DNA from: Eledone cirrhosa | Lineage: Eukaryota | Direction: 5' to 3' | Assembly (NCBI GenBank): GCA_964016885.1 | Contig: OZ024741.1 | Location: 353,090,001 to 353,154,000 of the forward strand | DNA: 64,000 bases | In this document: positions 43,024 to 55,376 of the stretch, one piece after another | Position numbering within the stretch: position 1 is the first letter of the stretch | Layout: the number at the start of each line of letters is the position of its first letter | Notes under the pieces: generated by a model | Database searches by the model: none | Told to the model about the DNA's origin: nothing | Seen by the model: only the letters and a program-made list of their open reading frames with translations | Position numbers and translations under genes: made by a program

Positions 43024-46000
43024 GGTCTAACCGGACGTATTTTGCTCGCTCACAGTAAGCCGCTTTATTTGCCTGTTTAAATTATTTGTTGTTAAATATT
43101 GCTTGTTGTGTAAGGGATATAAGCCCTTAGACTTTGCCCCGTGAAGGGGAAAGTATAATATTTGGGCCTTTTGGCCCAAATATTTGAACTTTTTTTTACA
43201 TGGTAAAAAATTTACGAAGAAAAAAAAACATGGCTGAGCCACGCCCCCCAGCGATATGTCGGCTGTCGTGCGACAACGACGTAGAAGTTGAGAGGAGCGC
43301 TACAGCGAAATTAACACACATTGATAACACAAATACCACCACAAACACTTAAACAAAGATACCAATGATACCAATGAGAACTCTAACTTTGAAAAAAATG
43401 ACAGTAACAACGACAACGAAAATACAGATAACAAAAGAAAAATAACAAATACAACAACAATATCAACACCACTAACATGAAAACAAATAGCGACAACACC
43501 AACAGCAACAATACCAACTGCACCGAGAACAACGGTGGCAACAAAGACAACAATGATAACAGCGACAGTGCTAACAACAACACCAACAAGAACAACGTCA
43601 ACAACACCCCCAACGAAAACAAGACCACTTTGGCTGCGGCAGCAGCTAAAAAGAGGTTATGCTTCAACATGGAGCTCTGAAACAAAGGTGAAAAGTTGGC
43701 CCAGGCATGGAAGCTCATCAAGCAAGAGCAAACTTGGGCCAACTTAACTGTCCCGGTAGAAGCTATTGAGGCAGTGGAACGCAAAACGGTGCAGCTTTAA
43801 TCCCACAAGAAGATGTCGAAGTCGCGCTGAGCTGCATCAGAGAAGACACCCAGTACATAGAGAGGGGCAGACAGTACGGCACCATTTCGGTGATGTTCAA
43901 GTCAGAAGCCCTCGCTATGAAACACGCTATGACTCCTTGCAAAACCAGCAAGGTCATAATGTACCCCTCCCACATGGGAAAAAGAACGGCCCGTCTCCGC
44001 ATTCCCAGAATCCCACCAGGACTTGACATGTGGTGGCTTCTGGGATGTGTGATTGTGGAGGGGACGGATACAGTCCCTATAGAAGTGACCAGAACGGCCA
44101 GAGAGGACTGGTCCGGGGTTGACCTGGAGATCCTTCTCCAGATCAGGCCCGAGAATGTGAAGACAATCCCAAACCACATTCGCCTTCAGAATGGCACTGT
44201 CATTCACATTATGACCGAAGGCAAACAGCCGCAGTGTTTTGTTTGTGGGAAAAAAAAGCCCATTTGCGAGCCTTCTGCTCTCAACTGCTGAAAGTGGCAA
44301 GGGGTCGAAAGGCTCCACTGCTGCCGACGCCGGGGCGAGGACCACAACCAACACCTGCACCGGCAAAACCACCAACAACAACACCAATAGAAAGACCACC
44401 ACCAACATTGACCACCCAGGGGGGAAACGAGGAAAGCTGTCAAATTCCCCCCCCCCCCCCCAAATACACACACCAATAAAACCTTAAACATACATACAGA
44501 CACACTTACAGACACAGACCAGTAGTGAAAATGAGGGAAATCCCAAATCCCCCAAACTACAAAAAAGGAAACACAAAAAGAAAAAAAAACTCAACAAAGC
44601 ACAAAAGCAATCACAATAAAAAACGCAGACACCACCCACGCAAACATCTCTCCAATAACACCAACATCAACACAACCATCACCATCACCAGAATCCCCCA
44701 AACGCAAACAACCGAAACAGACGCAAGAACAAATATACACACAAACATCTGAAACCACAGACACCGCACTCACAACAAACACAGATACAACCGAAACAAC
44801 ACCAGAAAACCACCACCACCACAGCCACGCAAACAAATAAAATCACACCAACAAAACATACAAAACTTCGTGCTCGTCAGGAGTGCCAACAAGGAACTGA
44901 TGGCCCTCGTAGCACGAAGTGAAAATATACAAAAAGAGGGGGACATTTTTAAATCGAGCACATTTCGCATGCCGGAAGATTTGGTTCTGGTGCGAATGTC
45001 GCTCGACATATTCAAAGAAATACGAAACAGCTTTCCTCGGGACGTGGGAACCCCGAACGTAAAACCCACTTCAAGACTTTTAAAGGGGTTCCCAAAAGAA
45101 ACCCCACTAACTATGGAGGTCGAACAACCCGATCTTCACAAGAGCCCGGAAGCTAAGTAAACCTTCCTTTCTCTCTGTTTAACCTACCAACATGGCCGTA
45201 TTAAGAGTAGGATGTTTAAATGTTCGAGGCCTGGGATCGTCCTGGAAGCAGGGTAACCTGCTCAACGACCTCAGGTCTATAGAAATGGATGTAATTGCAG
45301 TCAGCGAGACCAGGATTTCCGACACGCGCGCACTCGCCCCCATTTTCGACGACTATCAGATCTTTGCATCTGTTAGCCGGCCGGGAATGGGAGGCGGGGT
45401 GGCAGTGCTGTTTAGGAAAGGCCTGGATCTCGAGGTAAGGTTGATCTTCCGGGACCCGGACGGGAAGTTGGTGGTCCTGGACGTGAACAATAATGAAGGT
45501 GGTGCCTTTAGACTCGTGGCCGTCTATGCTCCTACTGGGGAAGGACGACCGGACTTCTTTAGATGCCTGGAAGCCTTTCTGGGTACGTCTCGCCCTTTAC
45601 TGTTAGCGGGGGACTGGAACGGCATCTTAGACGCACGCTGGGACTGTGTGGGAGTATCCGATAGGAGCGGGGGGTGCAAAAGCCTCAAGAACCAGTTCCA
45701 ACTGTCTGACAGGTACCGACTAGATTTCCCTAATGCGCCAGTGTGGACCCGGGCTAACCGCATAGGGTCATCTAGATCGTATATAGACAGGATATTCATT
45801 AGGAAAATAGACAGAAATAGTGTAAGCTGTCCACGTTTTGAAACGGTCGCCTATTCAAGTTTGTGATCTGTATGGTCGACCTAGATAAGACGCGTAGGTT
45901 AGGACCTAGTTACTGGAATCTAAACATGTCATTTCCGGCACTAAGGCTTACAGGGACCAGGTCAACAATTTAGTTAAGAAAAAGTTGACAGGGGGAGTCG

Positions 46001-48351
46001 TCAACAATAGATGGTGGGGGGCTCTCAAAAGAGAGATTAGAGTAATGTCGATAGAGTTTAGCAAAGAAGTAGCATTAGAGAAAAATAGAAAGGAGGGGGA
46101 GTTCGTAGATAAGTTAGACGAGGCTATTGATAGTGGCATTGCAACTGATGTGCTAGCGGCGAGAATGGCATTAGGCCATTTCTTCAATGCGAAACACGAA
46201 GGTTGCATTGTCAGAGCTAAGGCGCGTGCTCTGAGAAACGAGGGAACCAAAGCTGTTCGATGGGCCCGCGTTGCAGAGGCGCAGCGTGGTAATAAAACCA
46301 CGATTTGGTCTTTGACGGACCAAGACGGGCACGAGCTGAGCGATTCCAAGAGGATGTGTGAGGCCTTTCGCCAACATTTTGCTCGGTTATTCGGGGGAAG
46401 TGGCGGGTCAGAGATGGTGGCGGACTTCAGTCCCTACCTCGATGGCTTGCCGCAACTCTCGACGGCTGACGCTGGGCGCTGCAAAAGGCCAATTACTTCA
46501 GCTGAGATTCAGGATGCCCTTGTCGGCTGCATGAGGCGCAAGTCACCTGGTTTGGATGGTCTGCCCTACGAGCTTTACGTAAATATGCCAGACTTGTTCT
46601 CCAATCTCCTCGAAGCCCTCTACTGCAACTGGCAGCAAAACGGGAGTATTCCCAGTTCTGTGAGCCGGGGCGTAGTGACGCTGGTAAGGAAAGACGTGAA
46701 CACGAGGGACACATTAGACAATTTCAGGCCCATAACTCTGCTCAACACAGAGTTTAAGATTTTGGCCAGGGTGTGAGGGAAGAAGTTGGCGCTTGTCGTC
46801 GGGCATTTGGTTGGGGAGGCGCAAACTTGCGCAATCCCAACCAGGTCGATACACGACAACCTCCACCTAATTCGATACATCATAGAGAGGGTAGGGTGTA
46901 AATCTGGCTTGGGTGGGGCTCTGATCAATTTAGACCAATCGAAAGCATTCGATAGGGTCGACCATCGGTACCTGGAGGCTGTCCTCAAGTCGGCTGGCTT
47001 CGGCCCTGTCTTCAGAAGCTGGCTCGCTGCAATGCACAGCGGCACCTGCTCGATGGTCAAAATTAATGGCCACCTCTCGGAACCGTTTCAGGTCTCCCGA
47101 TCGGTCCGTCAAGGGTGCCCTCTCTCTTCCCTTCTGTACGTATTAACTCTCGTGCCTTTACTGCGGAAGCTGGAGCTGTTGCAGAGCATCCCGCTCGAAC
47201 CGGGATGCGGAAAGGCTGTGTCGGCTTATGCGGACGACATCAACGTGATGGTGTCGGACACCTCAGAAATCGAGGTGACAGGCAGGGTAGTCAGTCTCAC
47301 CCAGAAATGGGCTGGGATGAAGCTATCACTGAAAGGTCGGGCGGAGGTGGCGAACGCGTACATCGCGTCCGTCATCTACTACCGTCTGACTGTCGTCCCT
47401 TGCCCCCGTTCGCGCCTCGTCATCTTGGAGCGGCTCCTCTTCAAATTCTTGTGGAGGGATCAGATTCCGCTGGTGAGCCTGTCAATCTGCTGCCAGCACC
47501 CTCTACGTGGAGGGCTGGGCATGCCGTGGCTAATGATGCGCAGGCACGAGCTGAGGCTGCGGCATCTCCAGATATTCTGCTTAAACGGTGAACAGGTGTG
47601 GTCGCCGTTTGTCAGACGGGCCTTTCCGCAGCTCGTTTCTTTGACTGAGTTGCAGTCCTGGGTCAAGAAGCGACCGAGACTGGGTGACTGGCATCTGGAA
47701 TGTTGCCAGGCACTCACTGCCCTCTACCAGGCGGGCAATGCGGTCAGTGGAACTTCCAATCTCGAGTTCTATAGAGGATTAGTGGTGGGCAAGTGCGACG
47801 ACGCACTCGGAGAGGCTCTGGGAGTCAACGAAGTCGAACTAACCAGTCTGTACCGGAGGACTTTCGAGCCGGGGACGATGGATAATTTCCAAAAATCCCT
47901 CGCTTGGCAGTGCTACCGGGGGGGGGGGGGCACTGCCGGTTCGAGATAAACTCTACAGGCACGGAAGTGCTGTCAGACGGACTGGCCCGAGATGCGCGCA
48001 GTACGACGAAACCGTTCTGCACGCACTCGTCCAGTGTCCGTGCATTACTGACTTGTGGAGTTATGTTGAACAGCTGTTGTCGCGTGAAGAGGAGAGGGGT
48101 GCCCTTCCAGGGTCCTCTCGAAGCGTCGGGTCGTTCAAGACTGGTGGGGTACCTGAGCGAACCCTAGGTGGTCATCCCCCCTATTAGAGAATTTTTTCTT
48201 GTTGTAATTTTATTGTTACTTTACTGTTACTTTGTTATTGTTACTTTGTTATTGTTATTCATATTGTTTACTCGATTTTTCTGTAAAACCCCACTGTCCC
48301 AGTCTTTTGTATCGTCCCCTATATGTCGGGCCTTGTGGCCAATAAATGAAA

Positions 48352-48352
<1 letters not shown>
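43024..48352 (+). mobile_element. L1/Tx1-clade LINE, near full length, decayed, between (ATT)n tracts
   Basis: ORF1 remnants ~43400-45160 (EGKQPQCFVCGKKAHL..C knuckle across a frameshift), ORF2 APE+RT, and a 3' end GGCCAATAAATGAAATC(ATT)n. The 5' boundary is uncertain. Confidence 0.85.
45192..48167 (+). pseudogene. LINE ORF2: APE endonuclease + reverse transcriptase, frameshifted
   Basis: LNVRGL, SET, VYAP, GDWN, SYIDR; KSPGLDGLP, FRPITLLN, LDQSKAFDRVDH, RQGCPLS, YADD, GGLGMP; C-terminal ETVLHALVQC. Confidence 0.95.
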
Positions 48353-48416
<64 letters not shown>

Positions 48417-48633
48417 TATAGAATGATTAAGTATCGAGAGAGAGAAAACAGGAAAGATAGGCGATACATATAGTTAGTTGCCAATAGTTTATGCATGTGT
48501 GCTCAATACTCGTGCCTACAGGTTTAAATATTAGAGGCGTCAATATTTAGTGGGCGAGAAAAAATAAGCAGAGCGATTATAGAAGAAATGAATACAAGGA
48601 GTTTAAAACCGTTAAAACATGTTTATATAACAG

Positions 48634-48676
48634 TGCGCCTACGTACGTTTCGCCCGGAATGGGATTATCAAGGGCA
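48634..48676 (-). ncRNA. Minimal hammerhead ribozyme, U3-A8 core (left pLTR)
   Basis: Minus strand TGCCC-TTGATAA-tCCC(ATTCC)GGGc-GAAA-CGTACG-TA-GGCGCA. Confidence 0.7.
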
Positions 48677-48855
48677 TGGAAAACAAAAAAATTATCAATA
48701 CAGGACCCAGGAGGGATTTCACCGTTAAATTAATATCAGAGTTCATTCTTCACCTACATTCATATGTTGTTATTATCGCAGAGCAGGGGGAGTAACTCTG
48801 GCCGGTGTTCAGACAATCTGGTCCCATTTGGTTTTTTATACCTGTTCTTACGATG

Positions 48856-49310
48856 GAACTAGGAGCGACCGTGACGGAAAATGCAACTGTCGTGACATGG
48901 GAGGCTGCCCTCTCAGAGGAAACTACCTGACTGATAAGGTTATTTATAGGTGCACCGTAACTAGCCATAATGGAGTTAAACACTATATAGGAGCCACCTC
49001 TGGCCAGTTTAAAACGAGATTTAGAACACATCTCCACTCTTTCAGAAACAAAAAAACTAAGGCACTCCACATCACTTGCCAACTACGTCACCACTTTACA
49101 AGACGCCAACATCAGCTTCTCTACACACTGGGATATTAGCGGTAGGGCTGCACCCTACAACTTCAGGGGGAAATGCCAGCTCTGCCTTATGGAGCTGTAC
49201 TACATCATAAGAACACCACACGAGCTTATAAACAGCCGAGCGGAATCAGTCATAAATTGTAGACACCGGGTGCAGGCATCTATTTTGCCTGGGAAGCGAC
49301 TGCGACATGA
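48856..49310 (+). pseudogene. Naiad-type GIY-YIG endonuclease fragment (frameshift in poly-A near 49050)
   Basis: CNC..CPLRGN.L..VIY..YIGATSGQFKTRFRTHLHSF / KHSTSLANYV..WDI..AAPY..CQLCLME..INSRAE..CRH. Confidence 0.85.
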
Positions 49311-49697
49311 AAACTACGAATTGTGTCCTCCTGCCCTAACCATAACACCCCGGTGGGCAGGCGGTATAAACAAACATCTGTGAACCAAATGTACATAGCA
49401 GACCATGCTCGAACAAGCATTAGTGAAACAACACCCACTATATAATAAATGTACATCCCAAACCCGACTTGTACTGGCACTAGTGAAACAACACCCATAC
49501 TATAAAAATGCTAAACACCATCGTAAGAACAGGTATAACAAACCAAATGGGACCAGATTGTCTGAACACCGGCCAGAGTTACTCCCTCTGCTCTGCGATA
49601 ATAACAACATATGAATGTAGGTGAAGAATGAACTCTGATGTTAATTTAACCGTGAAATCCCCCCTGGCTCCTGTATTGATAATTTTTTTGTTTTCCA

Positions 49698-49740
49698 TGC
49701 CCTTGATAATCCCATTCCGGGCGAAACGAACGTAGGTGCA
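49698..49740 (+). ncRNA. Minimal hammerhead ribozyme, U3-A8 core (right pLTR)
   Basis: TGCCC-TTGATAA-tCCC(ATTCC)GGGc-GAAA-CGAACG-TA-GGTGCA. Confidence 0.7.
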
Positions 49741-50404
49741 CTGTGATATAAACGTTCTAAGGGTTTTAAACTCCTTGTATTCTATATATATATATTTTTT
49801 TTTAAATATATATTTTTATGTGTATTTGGTGTATACATTCGAATGCGTGCGGGTACAGGCGTTGCGTGGGTTCTGTATGTGCGTGCGGGTTTTTCTTTTC
49901 TTTTTGTTTGTGTACGTGCGTGTATTTGTATACCTAGGGCGAGTGTTTTCGCGTATGCTTGTGTATGTACGTATATGGATGCGTGTATGTATTGTATTTT
50001 ATTTACTTTATTCTTAACTCTGAAGCCGAGAATCATTCGGTTTCCTAGTTAGAATTTTAGTCTACGACTTCAGTCAAACCATTTACGTGGTTTTGTCTTT
50101 GCGTGCAATCGTTCTCCCCGTTCCACATATGACGTATTATCTTCGTTTTTCCCGTTCATTGCCAGAGAACGTCTCTATGAACCACCTAATAGAATATTAG
50201 TCTACGACTTCTTTTATACCATAAACGTGGTATACCATAAACGTGTAATTGTTTTTGACTGCTCCAAATAATAACGTATTATATTCATTTTTTCCCGTTC
50301 TTTGCCAGGGAACGTTTCCACGAACCAAAGTATCGTCTTCCTGTCTTCCTCCGGTTGCAACGTTTTTTGAAATATTCACTTCTGCGTTCACAGATTGACT
50401 TTGT

Positions 50405-50490
50405 TAGTTTCAGAAGATCCCGTTAAGGGTGAAAGCAGCGATTCTTTGCTTAAACTTTAATCTGTTATATTAATAAATATTTGCTCTACG
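50405..50490 (+). repeat. HHR-like pLTR fragment; a fold-back copy lies at 53301-53422
   Basis: CAGAAGA-tCCC(GTTAA)GGGt-GAAA-GCAGC..TGCTTAAACTTTAATCTGTTAT. Confidence 0.6.
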
Positions 50491-50563
50491 GTTCTTATAT
50501 ATTTTATATATATTTCTCCTTATCGAGCCCTCTTTGGATTTTAGTCTTCAAATTTATTATTAT

Positions 50564-50630
<67 letters not shown>

Positions 50631-50765
50631 TTATTATTATATACGTATATATATAGTTTAAATGCGGAAATAAATATCCACTTTATAAATAAATGTTTCG
50701 ATATTATACTGAAAGAATCTCTTCAGAATTTTCTACTGAAAAAATCTTTTTCCTCTCTACTATTT

Positions 50766-50822
<57 letters not shown>

Positions 50823-51044
50823 CGTGGTGTTTTACCTAATAAGAGTAAGATATATAAACATGTTGATTATCGATATAGTGCTGCCCAAGTACAGAGTTCA
50901 CAAAAACAAAAAGATGGTGTAAACCAAGAAAGAATAGGTACAAAATAACAACAAAAGTTGTCACCGAATGTGATGAAAGATCTTTGATGACGATTAACAA
51001 TTAAACAACCACCCGGTTATTAAACTAATCGACTGAGAAATTCT

Positions 51045-51118
51045 AATAATAAATTGAAGTGAAACCCACAGGTACGTGTGTTTTTTAATTGGAAGATGAC
51101 CGTTCCAAAGTATAACTA
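51045..51118 (-). repeat. Diverged copy of the 1183-1255 segment
   Basis: AAATTGAAGTGAA..CGTGTGTTT..ATTGG..ATGACC..CCAAAGTATAAC. Confidence 0.7.
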
Positions 51119-51125
51119 TATATAA

Positions 51126-51272
51126 TTGTTTCTACGTTTGACACACGGCCAGCAATTATCCCAGTGTATTACTGGTACTTTATTTTATCGACCGCGTAAG
51201 GATGAAAGGCAAAGTTAACTTCGGCGGGATTTGAACTCAGATCGTAAGGTCCGTAACTCTATGCTGCAAAGC
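51126..51272 (-). mobile_element. SINE family A
   Basis: Family A body. Confidence 0.8.
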
Positions 51273-51444
51273 GTATTATTTATACTTATATATACACTAT
51301 ATATAATTATAAACAGGAAAGGTCAGTAATTCATTACTACCTTATTACCAGTAAGAAAAATAGCTCAATGTAAATACATCAGATGTTTTACAGAGCAGGA
51401 ATATAAATTACAGAATAATCAAAACTATGTTCAAAACATTTTAT

Positions 51445-51491
51445 TGCTGACAATCGTTTCTTCCAAATTTTCGTTTGGAATTATCGGAGCA
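51445..51491 (-). ncRNA. Type I HHR fold with altered core (CCGATAA)
   Basis: Minus strand TGCT-CCGATAA-TTCCAAA(CGAAAA)TTTGGAA-GAAA-CGATTG-TC-AGCA. Confidence 0.65.
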
Positions 51492-51732
51492 CTAGCAAAG
51501 TTTAGACATATAATTAACTTCTTATTCCACAGAACAATTGTAAAGATACATAGATATTAGTGTTGTCATTAACAGTGTCATATTTACAGAGTGGAGATGA
51601 TGTGGTCAGTATCAGTGGATGCGACAAAGGTTATAACAATTATAGAGGAATTAGAGCAGTTACTCGCAAAACGAGGACATTAGCAGTACATATGCAAGCG
51701 TATATATATATATACACATAAACACCCACTTA

Positions 51733-51786
<54 letters not shown>

Positions 51787-51810
51787 GAGCAAACAAATAT
51801 AAATAAAATA

Positions 51811-51992
51811 ATTGTTTCTACTTTTGGCACAAGGCCAGCAATTATTCCAGTGCATTACTGGTATTTTATTTTATCGACCCCGTAAGGATGAAAGGCAAAG
51901 TTAACTCGGCGGGATTTGAACTCAGATCGTAAAGGCCCGTAACTCCATGCTGCAAAGCATGGCGTCCAACCCTCTACCGATACTGCTAATCC
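51811..51992 (-). mobile_element. SINE family A, full length
   Basis: Closely matches the reverse complement of 20470-20648. Confidence 0.85.
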
Positions 51993-52983
51993 ATAAAGAA
52001 AATAATGGTGAGTTTCGAGTGAAAACCATAAATTCATAAATTCGATTCCTAGTCAGGTTAGTTCACTCTTAGTTATGACCAGAGATATCGAGCTAGTATT
52101 GTTCAAAGTGAGTTATAAGTTGTTTGGAGAAAGTGGCTCAGTTTGGGTACCCTACGCACCACATACGTATACACAAATATATATTGAGCATAGAATAAAT
52201 GCGACTATCTCCTCTTTTATCATGTCACACTATTATCTCGTTCGTCCATCTTGTGATAAAATCGTCTCGTTCTTTTGTTCAGATGTAGTCATTACAACTA
52301 GCTCAACTTCTGTCCACTGTGCCTCACCAACTTAATGTTCACCACCAGAGGCGCTGAGCTGGTCAGCAGCAGATGTGAGCCTCGCGAGATAGAATGGCTC
52401 TTTCAGCGCATCTTCCTTTACCATCCTCCGGGGAAACGCCTTCTCCATTCTGTCCGCCGGGGCTGTGGGGTGGCCAGCACGTGAGACCCGATTTGCTCAC
52501 TATACAGAGAGATGGAGAGGGCGAGAGAGATGGAGGCGATAGCAGTGGGAGTTCGGCCTTTCCGTGTTCGGACACATTGCACCTGTCATGTGGATAATGT
52601 GATATTTTCATTTTACTTGTTACAGACACAGCAGATCGAAAGCCAAATTATATTTCATCGTATACTCAATGTTGCCTGTTTGCCTCCAGGGGGTCTAACT
52701 TATCATTAGAGTGCTACATAATTCGACTTAAACGTCAAACATTTAATTGTATATGTAATTTGTCCACGTGATTTAATTTTACGCAAGGTGGACTTGTAAA
52801 ATACTCCAGGACAGTATTTAACTCTGTTGTTAGACACTGTGGCCTTAAATGAGATAGCAGTACTGTCGGTAAGGGGCAAAACTGTGTGAGTACGTTTCGA
52901 CAGTCGATGAGTCGATAACCCAGGTTCTTGTATCTGGTGCCAATTTTGCTACACACTCACACAGGCACACATATGTGCGAGTG

Positions 52984-53014
<31 letters not shown>

Positions 53015-53018
<4 letters not shown>

Positions 53019-53207
53019 CAAAAAGGGTGTAGTAAGAAACCAGGTGGAACATAACACACTAGGGTACTCTATACTTGGGGTAATATGAAATGATTCAGCA
53101 CCCCGACGGCTGAGCTCCAGCCGTTTCGAGAGCTAGATCCGAACAGTTCAGATGTAGCTGTCGAAACGGCCAGAGCTCAGCCGTCGGGGTCCTCAATCAT
53201 TTCATAT
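53015..53207. repeat. Fold-back of HHR family B (arms 53083-53144/53146-53207) plus tail
   Basis: Two inverted GAAACGGC..GAGCTCAGCCGTCGGGG halves joined inside stem II. Confidence 0.8.
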
Positions 53208-53317
53208 ATATATATATATATAGTAATAATAATAAATGTGAAGACTAAAATCCAAAGAGGGCTCAATAAGGATAAATATATATCAAATATATAACGACCC
53301 TAGAGCATATATTTATT

Positions 53318-53422
53318 AAAATAACAGATTAAAGTTTAAGCAAAGAATCGCTGCTTTCACCCTTAACGGGATCTTAAGGGTGAAAGCACCGATTTTTTGC
53401 TTAAACTTTAATCTGTTATTTT
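53318..53422. repeat. 49-bp-arm fold-back centred in an HHR-like stem II
   Basis: ...CTTTCACCCTTAA-CGGGATC-TTAAGGGTGAAAG... Confidence 0.8.
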
Positions 53423-53433
53423 TATATATATAT

Positions 53434-53507
<74 letters not shown>

Positions 53508-54103
53508 GTAAACAAAATTTGTTTCCGCTCTAACATAGTTAAGGGTACATCTAAAATATACAGCCACTTGCGGATTAACTTCACGAAAAGGCTGTTCCGT
53601 TATTTGAACAATTGGATCACTCGTCGTCGAATCCGACGTTAATCTAACGTAGGAATTGCACATTTGTGAGAAAATGTCTTGTGTTTCATGAAGCAAAACC
53701 TAAACTTATTAATTCTTTATTCCTCGGGCAGATTCAGCCAAGAAAAAAAAAAATTTTTAAACTTAAAAATAAAATAAAATAGAACTACTGAAATTTGGTT
53801 GAATTTGTTATTTTAATGTTTGAATTTTATTTCATTTTTTTCTTCTTCTCATATTTCTATTCTTTATTTTTTAAAATTCAAAATAAAAATAATAAATTAG
53901 AAAGGATGGAAAGAAAAGGCTAGCATTAGTTTTCACTACATTGCATTATTTACAAATTTGGTGCCAAAGATATATGGCACCGAACTGCACTCACAGAATT
54001 AATTTTCTTGGAACAAAGGGCATTGCGGTAAAACACACACACATATGCTTCTCATAAGCTTGCATACACATTCATATACATTCTCGCACATCTCTCCCCC
54101 TCC

Positions 54104-54173
<70 letters not shown>

Positions 54174-54284
54174 ATATATGTATATATATAAATATACGTG
54201 TGTGTATATACATATATATATTCGCGTGTATATATATATATGTGCGTACATATACATATATACGCGCGCGTGCACACACACACA

Positions 54285-54315
<31 letters not shown>

Positions 54316-55017
54316 TCTCTCAATATATATATATATATATATATGCGTGTATGTATGTACATATATATATTCGCGTGTATATATACATATATATATGTGC
54401 GTACATATACATACATACGCACACAGACACACACACACACACACACTCTCTTTTTCTCTCTATCTCTCTATCTCAATATATATATATATGCATGTGTGTA
54501 TATACATATATATGTGCGTACATATACATACATGCGTACACACACATACACACACACACAGTTTCTCTTTCTCACGCATATTTATTTAAAGATTGGCAAG
54601 CATGTCTCGTATGCTGACTGGAGGGAAAGTAGCAACAAGTCCCAGCAAAATAAATAATATATATGAATAAACAAAAGAATAAAAACAAATGCAACAAAAC
54701 AGATCTAATTCTGACACAATCAATTTTGAAATCAATTTGTCTGACAAACAAAACTTCATTAAAAAAGACATCGAGATATAAAATAAGTGTGTGGGTCATT
54801 TTAACGGCTTGATTCATTCACTGGGTAGAGATTGATATATCTATATCTATACGGACTTATGTCTAGTAGATTTGGAAAAGCTATCTGAAGAGCTATATAT
54901 TTCCATTGGAAATTCTCTGAATTTCCAATCTTTTGATAAGCGAAACCGTCTGTCATGGCACTAGAAATCGTATTTAAATTTATTTGAAGGATTGTTTAAT
55001 GTTTACTTGTTCCGCTC

Positions 55018-55061
<44 letters not shown>

Positions 55062-55068
<7 letters not shown>

Positions 55069-55304
55069 AGCTTTCACCGTATTTTTGACTAAAGGAATTT
55101 TAGCCTGATAATGGGGTTTAGGACCCTCAGATAAATGGAAAAAGATTAGTATTGACGTACATGTACGCCAATACTCATCTTTTTCCATTTATCTGAGGGT
55201 TCTAAACCCCATTATCAGGCTAAAATTCCTTTAGTCAAAAATATGGTGAAAGCTATTCTATTTTCTAATTTCAAACCTGCTCACTGTTTCAAAACATACT
55301 TACT

Positions 55305-55306
<2 letters not shown>
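55062..55306. repeat. 100-bp-arm near-perfect palindrome (55062-55261) plus tail, in (AT)n
   Basis: Centre CGTACA|TGTACG with few mismatches. GAAAGCTA lies near the arm end. Confidence 0.9.

Positions 55307-55371
<65 letters not shown>

Positions 55372-55376
<5 letters not shown>

Larger units (their letters stand above)
48590..49782 (+). mobile_element. 5'-truncated Naiad-like PLE with inverted pseudo-LTRs
   Basis: ~265 bp diverged inverted repeat (48590-48854 vs 49519-49782) around a GIY-YIG fragment, with an HHR in each arm. Confidence 0.9.

Noticed and set aside
48856-49310. Selenocysteine (in-frame TGA) usage known from some Naiad elements
   Set aside because: The Cys positions here are TGC/TGT (one is TAC), with no in-frame TGA at those sites.
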